DNA of 52,329 nucleotides from Bacteroidia bacterium (GTDB lineage: Bacteria > Bacteroidota > Bacteroidia > Flavobacteriales > Flavobacteriaceae), in NCBI GenBank assembly GCA_030431085.1, contig JAUIJW010000001.1:1-52329 (forward strand). Reading direction: 5' to 3'. The translations under genes and the position numbers were made by a program. Shown piece after piece: positions 18,213-28,033 of the stretch. Position 1 is the stretch's first letter. Every line of letters starts with the position of its first letter. The notes under the pieces are model-generated. The model was given only the letters and a program-made list of their open reading frames with translations. It was not told where the DNA came from and ran no database searches.

Positions 18213-20768
18213 ATGGTAGAAACTACACTTACAAAAGTTGGTTATACGTATGATGAAGTTTTAAATGCTTCATTATCATACTTTAACAACGACGAGCTTG
18301 CAGCAACAACATGGATTAACAAGTATGCGGTAAAGGATGCTTCTGGTCTATATTTAGAAAAAACACCAGATGATATGCATCGCAGAATGGCCAAAGAGTT
18401 TGGCAGGATTGAAACCTTGTATCAGCCAGAAAAAATGCAAAGTAAAGAAGGTGTATCTACCTATGGAAAAAAGCGAGCCAACTTAACCGAAGAAAAAATA
18501 TATCAATTATTTAAGGATTTTAAATATGTCATTCCGCAAGGAAGTGTGATGTTTGGCTTGGGCAACCAAGAGATAATTGCCTCATTATCTAATTGTATTG
18601 TAATTCCACCAGTACAAGATTCTTATGGAGGTATCTTGTATACTGATCAGCAAATGGCACAGTTGTATAAAAGACGTTGTGGTGTGGGAGTTGATATTTC
18701 AGATTTAAGACCTAAAAATGCTTTGGTTTCTAATGCGGCAGGTACAACAACAGGGGCTGTTTCTTTTATGAACAGATTTTCTGGCACCACAAGAGAGGTT
18801 GCTCAAAACGGAAGACGAGGAGCACTAATGTTAACCATGGATATTGCTCATCCAGACATTGAAGATTTTATTACCATTAAACAAGACCTTACTAAGGTAA
18901 CTGGGGCTAACATTTCTATTCGTTTGTCTGACGAGTTTATGAAAGCCGTTGAGCAAAAAGAAAAGTTCACTTTAAGATGGCCAATAGAGGCGAAAAACCC
19001 TAAAGTAACTAAAGAAGTTGTCGCCGAAGATTTATGGAATCTCATTATAAAAAGTGCTCATAATACGGCAGAACCAGGATTGATATTCTGGGATAGACAA
19101 CATTATTACTCTACCTCATCTATCTACCCAGGATTTAAAAACTCGTCTACCAATCCATGTTCTGAAATTGCCATGCAAGGTGGAGACAGCTGTAGATTAA
19201 TCGCAGTTAATTTATTCAATTTTGTAGAAAATCCATTTACAGATAAAGCCAAATTCAATCATCAAAAGTTTTATGAAGTGGTGTATGAAAGTCAACGATT
19301 AATGGATGATTTGGTAGACCTAGAACTAGAGGCAGTAGATAAAATTCTTGCCAAAATTGATGCCGACCCAGAGCCAGATTTCATTAAACAAAATGAAAGA
19401 TCTACATGGGAGTTACTTAAAGAAACTGGAAAAAAGGGCAGACGAACAGGTCTTGGTTTTACAGCTTTAGCTGATGCTATTGCAGCATTAGGAATTAAAT
19501 TTGATACCGATGAGGCTCTTGAACAAGTAGATGAGATCATGAAGTCTAAAATAAGGGCAGAATTCGATAGTAGTATTGATATGGCTATAGAACGTGGCCA
19601 GTTCGAAAACTTTAATAGAAACATCGAAGAAAAATCTGAATTTGTGCAAATGTTACAATCAGAGTTTCCAGAATTACACGACCGTATGATGGAGTATGGT
19701 CGCCGTAATATCTCTATCAGTACAGTAGCGCCAACGGGGTCTTTAAGTATGTTAGCTCAAGTATCATCGGGTATAGAGCCGGTGTATATGCTATCGTATA
19801 AAAGAAGAAGAAAAATTAATCAAGATGATAAGAAGGCTAAAGTCGATTTTATTGATGACCTTGGTGATGCCTTTGAAGAGTTTACCGTATATCATAATAA
19901 ACTGCACCAATGGATGGAAGTTTCTGGTAAAAAAGAGATAACAGATAGTCCTTATGCCGGTGCAACCGCTCCAGAAATTGATTGGGAAAAGCGCGTGAAA
20001 ATGCAAGCTTTAGTGCAAAAATATACTACACATTCTATAAGTTCTACCATCAATCTACCTTCTGATGTAAGTGAAGAATTGGTAGGTAAAATATACCTAG
20101 AATCTTGGAAAAATGGTTTAAAAGGAATCACCGTGTATCGTGATGGATCAAGAAGTGGCATTTTGGTGGCAGAATCTAAAGATGACAAAAAAGAAAATAC
20201 ACCAAATTATAATGAAGGGCAGCTATTTCAAAAAAGACCAAATAAAATAGAAGCAGAAGTTATTAGATTTCATAACGAATCAGAGAAATGGCTGGCGGTT
20301 GTTGGTTTGATCGATGGTAGACCTTATGAGATCTTTACAGGAAAAATGAAAGATGCTTTTAATCTACCACAATGGCTAGAAAAAGGTTGGGTTATAAAAA
20401 GTAAAGACTCCAATAAACAGGCCAGGTATGATTTTCAATATATGGATAGAGATGGTTATAAAATTACCATAGAAGGTTTGTCTAGATCTTTTGATAAAGA
20501 ATATTGGAATTATGCCAAATTAATATCGGGTATTCTGCGCCATGGTATGCCAATGCCTTATGTGGTTGATTTAATTCAAAATTTGAATATGTATGATGAT
20601 CATATCAATACATGGAAGAACGGTGTGTCTAGAGCCTTAAAAAGATTTGTGCCAGATGGGGCTGCTGCAGCCGATAGAAAATGTCAAGAATGTGGAGACC
20701 CAGATGGGTTGATTTATTCTGAAGGCTGCCTGAAATGCGTTAGTTGTGGCCAATCAAAGTGCGGATAA
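18213..20768 (+). CDS. nrdJ: Class II (adenosylcobalamin-dependent) ribonucleoside-diphosphate reductase
   Basis: SLSNC, TNPCSEI, RRGALM, VAPTGS, SISSTINLP, KGITVYRDGSR, C-terminal CxxC...EGC..C..CG.SKCG; no ATP cone; no nrdB nearby. Confidence 0.88.
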   Translation: MVETTLTKVGYTYDEVLNASLSYFNNDELAATTWINKYAVKDASGLYLEKTPDDMHRRMAKEFGRIETLYQPEKMQSKEGVSTYGKKRANLTEEKIYQLFKDFKYVIPQGSVMFGLGNQEIIASLSNCIVIPPVQDSYGGILYTDQQMAQLYKRRCGVGVDISDLRPKNALVSNAAGTTTGAVSFMNRFSGTTREVAQNGRRGALMLTMDIAHPDIEDFITIKQDLTKVTGANISIRLSDEFMKAVEQKEKFTLRWPIEAKNPKVTKEVVAEDLWNLIIKSAHNTAEPGLIFWDRQHYYSTSSIYPGFKNSSTNPCSEIAMQGGDSCRLIAVNLFNFVENPFTDKAKFNHQKFYEVVYESQRLMDDLVDLELEAVDKILAKIDADPEPDFIKQNERSTWELLKETGKKGRRTGLGFTALADAIAALGIKFDTDEALEQVDEIMKSKIRAEFDSSIDMAIERGQFENFNRNIEEKSEFVQMLQSEFPELHDRMMEYGRRNISISTVAPTGSLSMLAQVSSGIEPVYMLSYKRRRKINQDDKKAKVDFIDDLGDAFEEFTVYHNKLHQWMEVSGKKEITDSPYAGATAPEIDWEKRVKMQALVQKYTTHSISSTINLPSDVSEELVGKIYLESWKNGLKGITVYRDGSRSGILVAESKDDKKENTPNYNEGQLFQKRPNKIEAEVIRFHNESEKWLAVVGLIDGRPYEIFTGKMKDAFNLPQWLEKGWVIKSKDSNKQARYDFQYMDRDGYKITIEGLSRSFDKEYWNYAKLISGILRHGMPMPYVVDLIQNLNMYDDHINTWKNGVSRALKRFVPDGAAAADRKCQECGDPDGLIYSEGCLKCVSCGQSKCG

Positions 20769-20783
20769 TCGGGTATTGAATAC

Positions 20784-21152
20784 ATGCAACCTGCCGAGAA
20801 ATTTATCATTGAACAGAACGAGCCTTACATCTCCATAATGTTGTATGTAAGGCAAATTCTTTTTAAAACTCTATCAAACATCGACGAAAGGTTTAAATAC
20901 CGATTGCCCTTTTATTATTATAAGAATAAGCCATTTTGCTACTTTAATATTGCCAAATCTAATACAGAGGTAAGGCGTAAAGGTCAATTTGTAGATGTAT
21001 GCTTTATTAAAGGAAACCAAATGACTCACCAAAGTCTAGTAGGAGGTAATGATCGAAAAATGGTAAAATCTATTCCTTTTTTTACTCTAGAAGAAGTTAA
21101 CCCCATACTTCTAGAAAACGTTTTTAATGAAGCAAAACAATTCTTTAAATAA
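20784..21152 (+). CDS. DUF1801 (YdhG-like) protein
   Basis: EPY.SIML..R, KYRLPFYYY..KPFCY, RKMVKS pattern typical of flavobacterial DUF1801. Confidence 0.7.
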   Translation: MQPAEKFIIEQNEPYISIMLYVRQILFKTLSNIDERFKYRLPFYYYKNKPFCYFNIAKSNTEVRRKGQFVDVCFIKGNQMTHQSLVGGNDRKMVKSIPFFTLEEVNPILLENVFNEAKQFFK

Positions 21153-21783
21153 ATGGTAATACATACAGGTATACTGCTATATAATGGCACATACAAGCCA
21201 GCAATACCAGTATATGAAAAATAGCATGTGTATAGGTTATTTTTTTAAACATATAAATGATAGCTCCTAGTGTAAAAAACACACCTCCTAAGAATAACCA
21301 AAAAAGGCCAGCAGTTGGTAGATTCTCAATTAGTGGGCCAATCGCAAAAATAATTAACCAACCCATAAGAATATAAGATGCAGTAGAAATTTTAATAAAG
21401 CGCCCAGTAAAGAATAGCTTTAGGATAATTCCTACAATGGCGATAAACCATGTTAAACCAAAAATAATCCATCCAACAGTGTCTTTAAGTACCAAAAGGC
21501 AAAAGGGTGTATAGGTGCCAGCTATTAAAAAGTAAATGGCAGCATGATCTAGAATTTTTAATTTTTGTCGTTGCTCAAGGTTTTTAGATCGATGATAAAA
21601 TGTGGAAGCAGCAAATAATACCACAAGACTTAATCCTTAAACAAAAAATGAAACCACTGCTAAGCCATTTTTGCTGGATATAGATTGATGGAGCAAAATA
21701 ATCCAGCCTATTAGGCTTAATCCTAAACCAATGGCATGAGACACAATATTGATTCGTTCTTCTTTATAGGGGTAAAAATCCAT
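21145..21783 (-). pseudogene. trhA: Hemolysin III / PAQR family membrane protein (TrhA/YqfA) interrupted by an in-frame TAA at codon 49
   Basis: From ATG 21783: MDFYPYKEERINIVSHAIG...SFFV*GLSLVVLFAASTFYH...LDHAAIYFLIAGTYTPF...HAIFH...CHY. TAA at 21637-21639; same frame on both sides. Confidence 0.85.
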
Positions 21784-21786
21784 AAG

Positions 21787-22554
21787 CTAATTTTTGGGAT
21801 AACAACTTTGCGTATAAAGTGCATCGCTTTTTAAACTATTGAGTAATATCTCTCTGGTCTTTAGCTTTAACCTATTCTTATCCTTTAGTTCTAAATTTTT
21901 AGTAACGATAGGGGGATGGACTTTGACCCTTAAGGTGCCGGGTGAACCACTGAAGAAAGTATATGAAAAATATCGCTTAGAGTCGAAAAATGAAATAGGC
22001 AGAATAGGGATTTGATGCTCTATGGCCAATCTAAAAGCCCCATTTTGAAATGTGTCTAATGCTATTGTTTCATCATCGGGTACTTTACCCTCGGGAAAAA
22101 TACAAATACTATAATTGCGTTTCATTTTTTGTTGCGCAGCCTCATACACAGCCAGCCTACTGTTTTTATCATCTCGATCTACCAAAATGCATGTTTTTTT
22201 ATAAATATGCCCGAAAACTGGAATTTTTGAGAGCTCTTTTTTACCAATAAATACAAAAGGTTTTTTAATAATACTAAGCATGAGCATAATATCTATCATA
22301 GAGGTGTGATTGGGACAGTACACAAAACTTTTATCACTATCAAAAGCATCATCTTGATCAATTTGTACCTTGAAACCCATGATAAAGAGGATGGTTTTCC
22401 CCCAAGCTCGAGCAATTTTAAAAAAAGTAGGGTACCATTGCTCATTTGAGATTACAATCAGCAAAAAAGGTAATATAAAAGCAATAGTACCTAGCATCCA
22501 TGCATAGAACCAAAGCCTCCAAAATATGATGAATAAATTCTTTAAAAGATTCAT
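21787..22554 (-). CDS. plsC: 1-acyl-sn-glycerol-3-phosphate acyltransferase
   Basis: NHTSMID (HxxxxD), VDR, IFPEG, F..GAF motifs. Confidence 0.9.
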   Translation of the reverse strand: MNLLKNLFIIFWRLWFYAWMLGTIAFILPFLLIVISNEQWYPTFFKIARAWGKTILFIMGFKVQIDQDDAFDSDKSFVYCPNHTSMIDIMLMLSIIKKPFVFIGKKELSKIPVFGHIYKKTCILVDRDDKNSRLAVYEAAQQKMKRNYSICIFPEGKVPDDETIALDTFQNGAFRLAIEHQIPILPISFFDSKRYFSYTFFSGSPGTLRVKVHPPIVTKNLELKDKNRLKLKTREILLNSLKSDALYTQSCYPKN

Positions 22555-22696
22555 GACGTCAAAAATATTAATTTTATTAGGTCAAACGAATGAAAAAGAA
22601 AAAATGATAACTTATTGAAAGTTAGATTTAAAGGTTGTTTAATAAAAATATTTTATGTACATTTAAACCATTAACTAACCAAACTTATTTAAACTT

Positions 22697-22939
22697 ATGG
22701 GTATACTTTACGCAATTATTGTTGGTGCAGTTGCTGGCTGGTTAGCCGGCAACATTATGAAAGGAGGAGGCTTTGGCCTTTTAATTAATATCCTTTTAGG
22801 GATTGTAGGTGGTGCTGTTGGGAGCTGGCTATTTGGAGCTTTAGGAATGAGTACTGGAGATGGAGTTGTGGGCTCTTTAATAACCGGAGTTGTTGGAGCC
22901 GTCGTCATTCTTTTTGTCGCAGGATTATTTAAAAAATAA
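22697..22939 (+). CDS. GlsB/YeaQ/YmgE (transglycosylase-associated) membrane protein
   Basis: 80 aa Gly-rich 3-TM pattern IIVGAVAGWLA...NILLGIVGGAVG..L...VVGAVVIL. Confidence 0.9.
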   Translation: MGILYAIIVGAVAGWLAGNIMKGGGFGLLINILLGIVGGAVGSWLFGALGMSTGDGVVGSLITGVVGAVVILFVAGLFKK

Positions 22940-22943
22940 ATTT

Positions 22944-22968
22944 AAAAGCGGTTTTAGCCGCTTTTTTT
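22944..22968 (+). terminator. Intrinsic terminator
   Basis: AAAAGCGG-ttttag-CCGCTTTTTTT. Confidence 0.82.
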
Positions 22969-23000
22969 GTGCTTTTTAGTAGTGGTTATTTTTAAATAAT

Positions 23001-23008
23001 TATTTTTG
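23001..23008 (+). promoter_or_regulatory. -7 promoter element of trpS
   Basis: TATTTTTG 23 nt before the ATG. Confidence 0.5.
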
Positions 23009-23031
23009 CTATTGATATAAAATAAGTAAAA

Positions 23032-24000
23032 ATGCCAAGAATTTTAACCGGTGTTCAAAGCACTGGAACACCACATTTAGGAAACTTATTGGGAGCCATA
23101 ATACCAGCCATTTCAATGGCTAATAAAGCCCAAGAAGAGTCTTTTCTTTTTATTGCAGATATGCATTCTCTTACACAAATTAAAAATGCCAAGACTTTAA
23201 AAGAGAACACCTATAGTGTAGCAGCCACATGGTTGGCATTTGGTTTAGATCTTAATAAAGTAGTGTTTTATCGTCAGAGCGATGTGCCACAGGTTACAGA
23301 ATTAACTTGGTATTTGAGCTGTTTTTTTCCGTATCAACGACTCACTTTAGCACATAGTTTTAAAGATAAATCAGACCGTTTAGAAGATGTAAATGCAGGG
23401 TTATTTTCCTACCCGATGTTAATGGCAGCAGATATTTTAGCATATGATGCAGATATAGTACCCGTGGGCAAAGATCAGCTACAACATCTTGAGATTACGA
23501 GAGATGTTGCCAATAGGTTTAACCATCAAATGGGAGATACCTTGGTTCCGCCTCAAGCGAAAATTCAAGAAGGTAGTATGTATGTGCCAGGAACAGATGG
23601 TAGTAAAATGAGTAAATCTAAAGGTAATATTATAGATATATTCTTACCAGAGAAAAAGCTGAGAAAACAAATCATGAAAATTCAAACAGATTCAACGCCT
23701 CTTGAAGAACCGAAAAATCCAGAGACCTGTAATTTGTTTGCGCTATATAAACTTGTAGCTTCTGAAGAAGAAACTACAGCAATGAGACACAAGTATTTGG
23801 CAGGTAATTATGGTTATGGTCATGCCAAACAAGCATTTTACGAGCTAATTTTAAAGCGTTTTGAGCAAGAAAGAAAGCAGTACCAGTTTTATATGGAAAA
23901 TGTTGCAGAAATTGATAAAGCGCTAGAAATTGGAGCAAAAAAAGCCCATCTCGTTGCTAATAAAGTGATTGATAGAGTGCGTAAAAAATTAGGATATTAA
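23032..24000 (+). CDS. trpS: Tryptophan--tRNA ligase
   Basis: HLGN (HIGH), YPMLMAADIL, VPVGKDQLQHLE, KMSKS. Confidence 0.97.
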   Translation: MPRILTGVQSTGTPHLGNLLGAIIPAISMANKAQEESFLFIADMHSLTQIKNAKTLKENTYSVAATWLAFGLDLNKVVFYRQSDVPQVTELTWYLSCFFPYQRLTLAHSFKDKSDRLEDVNAGLFSYPMLMAADILAYDADIVPVGKDQLQHLEITRDVANRFNHQMGDTLVPPQAKIQEGSMYVPGTDGSKMSKSKGNIIDIFLPEKKLRKQIMKIQTDSTPLEEPKNPETCNLFALYKLVASEEETTAMRHKYLAGNYGYGHAKQAFYELILKRFEQERKQYQFYMENVAEIDKALEIGAKKAHLVANKVIDRVRKKLGY

Positions 24001-24010
24001 TCGTTAGAGT

Positions 24011-24793
24011 ATGAGGCAAAAGTTATTTGTTTTTGTCGTTTTATTATCACAATTGCTGTGGTCGCAAACCAATCAGTCTATAATCAAAATTTTGTCGTTT
24101 AACATCCTACATGGGTATACAACAACTGGTGATTTCGATTTAGGGAAATTGGCTAACGTAATTAAAAATTCTAAACCAGATTTTGTAGCGCTCCAAGAAG
24201 TTGATTTTAAAACGAAACGTGCCAAAAGATATGATTTAGTTACAGAACTTGGTTGGAGAACCCAAATGACGCCTTTATTTGGTAGGGCTATGTATTATGA
24301 TGGTGGCGAGTATGGTGAAGGTATCTTGACCAAATACTCCTTAGTTAAAAGTAAAAATTTTGCCTTGCCCCATACTCCGGGTAATGAGCCTAGGGCCGCT
24401 TTACAAACCGTGGTTGAATTACCAACCAAAGATACCATTGCATTTATAGGTACCCATTTAGATCATTTAAAAGACGAAAAAGATCGTATTTCCCAAGCCA
24501 AAAAACTAAATGAAATTGGCGTTTTAAGTAAGTATCCTACCATTTTAGCAGGAGATTTAAATGATGTACCTCAGAGTAAGGCGATTTCTATTTTAGAACA
24601 ATTCTGGGTAAGCTCTTACAACAAGAAAAAACCTAAAGCGACCTATCCATCGACAAATCCAAAAATAAAAATTGACTATGTTATGTTTTACCCAAAACAT
24701 CGTTGGAAAGTTATAAAACGAGAAGTAATTTGCGATACCATAGCCTCAGATCATTGTGCCTATTTGGTAACTCTAGAATTACTGCCTCAATAG
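24011..24793 (+). CDS. Secreted endonuclease/exonuclease/phosphatase (EEP) family protein
   Basis: Signal peptide; SFNILHG, ALQEVD, THLDH, AGDLND, IDY, SDH motifs. Confidence 0.9.
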   Translation: MRQKLFVFVVLLSQLLWSQTNQSIIKILSFNILHGYTTTGDFDLGKLANVIKNSKPDFVALQEVDFKTKRAKRYDLVTELGWRTQMTPLFGRAMYYDGGEYGEGILTKYSLVKSKNFALPHTPGNEPRAALQTVVELPTKDTIAFIGTHLDHLKDEKDRISQAKKLNEIGVLSKYPTILAGDLNDVPQSKAISILEQFWVSSYNKKKPKATYPSTNPKIKIDYVMFYPKHRWKVIKREVICDTIASDHCAYLVTLELLPQ

Positions 24794-24851
24794 ATTTTAG
24801 ACAATAATATAGGTGGAGTAAGAGTCCGTATTCTGATTTTATCAAAAACTT

Positions 24852-25919
24852 TTACAAGTTGTTAATGTGCTTATTTAAACTGTCTAAAAGTTTAAATTGA
24901 TTTTTTGATCGGTCTAAATTATGTTCAGAATATTTTACTTTATAGTATACATCATTATTGAGGTAATCTGTTAAAAAGCGCAGGGCCATGATAAAGATCA
25001 TCGTTTTTGCAGCTAATGGCAGGTATTTCAATTCAAGTGGTGTGATTGTGGATTTCATTTGTTTTAAAAATCCCTTTCGATAAGCTTTGTAATACTTTAC
25101 ATTAAATGCCACTAAATTAAGATCTTTTTCATCTTCTTGTGCCGTATTACATATCGTTCTAATCGCATCACCAAAATCGTAGTGTATGATGCCCGGCATA
25201 ACAGTATCAGTATCAATCATACAAAGGCCCTTATTTCTTTTATCAAAAAGAACATTAGATATTTTGGTATCATTGTGAGTGACTCTGGTTTTAATCTGCC
25301 CAGATTCTTTAAGTTTTTGAAGAATACACATTTCTTCTTTAAGCAGTTTAGCTTGATCAATATAAAACTTGGCATTTTCTAGCCTTTCAATAGAGGCCAT
25401 TTGAAGAGCACTCTCAAATTGGTTAAATCGGAAAGACATGTCATGAAATTTTGGAATCACTTCTACAAGTTGATTGGCATCAAAATCACTTGTTAATGTT
25501 AAAAATTTCCCCAGTAGTTTCCCACCTTGATATGCTATTTTTTTACTGGTAACTATGTCATGGGTAATGCTTTTATCTATATAATACATGAGGTTCCAAT
25601 AATTACCTTGATTGTCTTTATAGTAATCGGTTCCTGATTTGGTTTTTAGAAACGTAAGAACAGCTCGTTTTTGCTTCTTTTTTGAGGCCGCTTTTAACTT
25701 ATGACGGATATGCTGACTTACAAGAACTTTGTTTTTAATAAGTCCTGGGACATCTTTAAATACACCATGATTGATACGTTGTAAAACAAAATGAGGTTTG
25801 TTAAGTGCTTTTATTAAATAAGTATCATTAATATGCCCTGAAGCCAATTCTTTATAAGATTTAAACTCTGCCTTATGCTCAAATTCATTAAATACACTTT
25901 TGATTTGATCGATAAACAT
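24852..25919 (-). CDS. APH/ChoK-fold sugar kinase, N-acetylhexosamine 1-kinase-like
   Basis: GHINDTY, LQRIN..VF, THNDTKISN, IDTDTVMPG...YDFGDAIR, LRFLTDYL..D.YY motifs of the NahK/BT4240-type kinases. Confidence 0.85.
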   Translation of the reverse strand: MFIDQIKSVFNEFEHKAEFKSYKELASGHINDTYLIKALNKPHFVLQRINHGVFKDVPGLIKNKVLVSQHIRHKLKAASKKKQKRAVLTFLKTKSGTDYYKDNQGNYWNLMYYIDKSITHDIVTSKKIAYQGGKLLGKFLTLTSDFDANQLVEVIPKFHDMSFRFNQFESALQMASIERLENAKFYIDQAKLLKEEMCILQKLKESGQIKTRVTHNDTKISNVLFDKRNKGLCMIDTDTVMPGIIHYDFGDAIRTICNTAQEDEKDLNLVAFNVKYYKAYRKGFLKQMKSTITPLELKYLPLAAKTMIFIMALRFLTDYLNNDVYYKVKYSEHNLDRSKNQFKLLDSLNKHINNL

Positions 25920-25920
25920 T

Positions 25921-26823
25921 TTAGTACAAGTTTTTAGGGTATATCTTATTGATTTTTAGCTCTTCAATAGCTTTTTGAACAATGGCTTTATCTTCTTTAT
26001 AGGTTACACCAAACCATTTGGCACCAGACTTTAAAACTTTGATTTTCGCTTTACCAGACTTAATAATATCATTGACAATAAGTGGTAAGTAGAATTCAGC
26101 TTTTAGGTTAGATTTATTTTGTTCTAAAAATGTATTAAATAATTCACTTCCAAATTCAAAAAATTTGGGAGTAAAGCCCCAAAAATTCATAGAAACAATT
26201 GTGTTTTCATCTATAAGGGTTGTAGATCCGTCTTCATCTTTACGTATAATACTACCATTAACTTTTTCGATATGTGTTCTTTCTACCACATTATCCAAAT
26301 AGCCATGTGCATTCACTTGACATTCACCTCTAGAAACAAAGCCATAATCTGAAACAGTATTTTTTAATAAATAGGCCATACTTAAGAAGTTGTACGAATT
26401 TTTATCGGTTTCCATCAAAGATTTAGCCATAACCTCAAACGCTTCTTGACCATAAAAATCGTCGGCATTAATCACAGCAAAATTTTCTTTAAGAACGTTC
26501 TTAGCCATTAATAAGGCATGGCCTGTACCCCATGGTTTTACTCTGTTAGGATTGATGTATTTTTTTGGAACACTTTCTAGTTCTTGGTAAACATATTCAA
26601 CTTCAGCAATACCTTTTAATTTAGGATTAAAAATTTCTTTGAATTCTTTCTCAAAACTTTTTCGAATGATAAAAACAAACTTTCCGAAACCCGCCCGTAG
26701 GGCGTCATAAATTGAAAAATCAATAATTGTATCTCCCTCTGGTGTAAACACGTCTATTTGTTTTAATCCTCCATATCGACTTCCCATGCCGGCAGCGAGT
26801 ACTACTAATGTTGGCTTATTCAT
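25921..26823 (-). CDS. Sugar-1-phosphate nucleotidyltransferase
   Basis: LAAGMGSRYGGLKQ, KPWGTGHA, INADDFYG, SMNFWGF, WFGVTY; 1-nt gap to the kinase gene. Confidence 0.87.
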   Translation of the reverse strand: MNKPTLVVLAAGMGSRYGGLKQIDVFTPEGDTIIDFSIYDALRAGFGKFVFIIRKSFEKEFKEIFNPKLKGIAEVEYVYQELESVPKKYINPNRVKPWGTGHALLMAKNVLKENFAVINADDFYGQEAFEVMAKSLMETDKNSYNFLSMAYLLKNTVSDYGFVSRGECQVNAHGYLDNVVERTHIEKVNGSIIRKDEDGSTTLIDENTIVSMNFWGFTPKFFEFGSELFNTFLEQNKSNLKAEFYLPLIVNDIIKSGKAKIKVLKSGAKWFGVTYKEDKAIVQKAIEELKINKIYPKNLY

Positions 26824-26834
26824 TTTGGTATAGA

Positions 26835-28028
26835 TTAAATGATATTTAATTTTTTTCCAATTTTAATAAAGGCATTAATGGCTTTATCTAATTGAACTCT
26901 TGTATGAGCGGCAGATAATTGCACTCTAATTCTTGCCTTTCCTTCCGGAACGACGGGGTAAAAGAACCCCACAACATAAATTCCTTCTTTTAACAATTCG
27001 TTTGCCATAGTTTGAGATAATTGCGCATTATAGACCATGATAGGAACAATAGCCGAATCTGCACCTATCAAGTCGAATCCAGCTTTGGCCATTTCTGTTC
27101 TAAAATATAGAGTATTAATTTCTAACTGATCTCTTAGAGAGGTGTCTTGTTCTATAAGTTCGAATACTTTTAGGGTTGCTCCAACAATTGCTGGTGCTAG
27201 AGAATTTGAAAACAGATAGGGGCGAGATCGTTGGCGAAGTAATTCGATAATTTCTTTTTTACCTGTTGTATACCCTCCCATAGCACCACCTAAGGCCTTC
27301 CCCAGAGTGCCCGTTACAATATCAACTCTATCAAGAACTTGTTTTAATTCTATGGTACCTCGACCAGTTTTTCCAATAAAACCAGCAGCATGACATTCAT
27401 CAACCATTACCAGGGCGTTATGCTTATCGGCTAAATCACAAATTTCATCCAATTTGGCCACAATACCATCCATTGAAAATACGCCATCTGTCACGATAAT
27501 TTTAAATCTGTGATTTTTTTGACTGGCTTCAATTAATTTTGATTCTAAGTCGGTCATGTTATTGTTGGCATACCTATATCGTGATGCCTTACACAAACGG
27601 ACACCATCAATAATTGAAGCATGGTTGAGTGCATCTGAAATTATAGCATCTTCATGAGAAAGTAAAGGCTCAAAAACACCACCGTTGGCATCGAAGGCTG
27701 CGGCATATAAAATAGTATCTTCTCCATGAAAAAACTGTGCGATTTTTTTCTCTAGTTGTTTGTGAATTTCTTGCGTTCCACAAATAAATCTTACAGAAGA
27801 CATGCCATAACCATATTGATCCATACTATCTTTGGCGGCTTGTATTACCTCTGGGTTATTCGATAAACCTAAATAATTATTGGCGCAAAAATTAATGACT
27901 TCATCACCAGATTCTACCTTGATTTGTGTGTCTTGTGGGGTTGTAATAATCCGTTCTTCTTTATACAAACCATTGTCTTTTATGATTTGTAATTCATGCT
28001 GTATATGTTTTTTAATGATTCCGTACAT
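26835..28028 (-). CDS. kbl: Glycine C-acetyltransferase (2-amino-3-ketobutyrate CoA ligase)
   Basis: [44 protein letters not shown] (PLP Lys), [20 protein letters not shown]. Confidence 0.96.
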   Translation of the reverse strand: MYGIIKKHIQHELQIIKDNGLYKEERIITTPQDTQIKVESGDEVINFCANNYLGLSNNPEVIQAAKDSMDQYGYGMSSVRFICGTQEIHKQLEKKIAQFFHGEDTILYAAAFDANGGVFEPLLSHEDAIISDALNHASIIDGVRLCKASRYRYANNNMTDLESKLIEASQKNHRFKIIVTDGVFSMDGIVAKLDEICDLADKHNALVMVDECHAAGFIGKTGRGTIELKQVLDRVDIVTGTLGKALGGAMGGYTTGKKEIIELLRQRSRPYLFSNSLAPAIVGATLKVFELIEQDTSLRDQLEINTLYFRTEMAKAGFDLIGADSAIVPIMVYNAQLSQTMANELLKEGIYVVGFFYPVVPEGKARIRVQLSAAHTRVQLDKAINAFIKIGKKLNII

Positions 28029-28033
28029 TTTTT

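Noticed and set aside
21637-21639. Stop-codon readthrough or recoding in trhA
   Set aside because: TAA is used as a normal stop throughout the window; there is no sign of an alternative genetic code.
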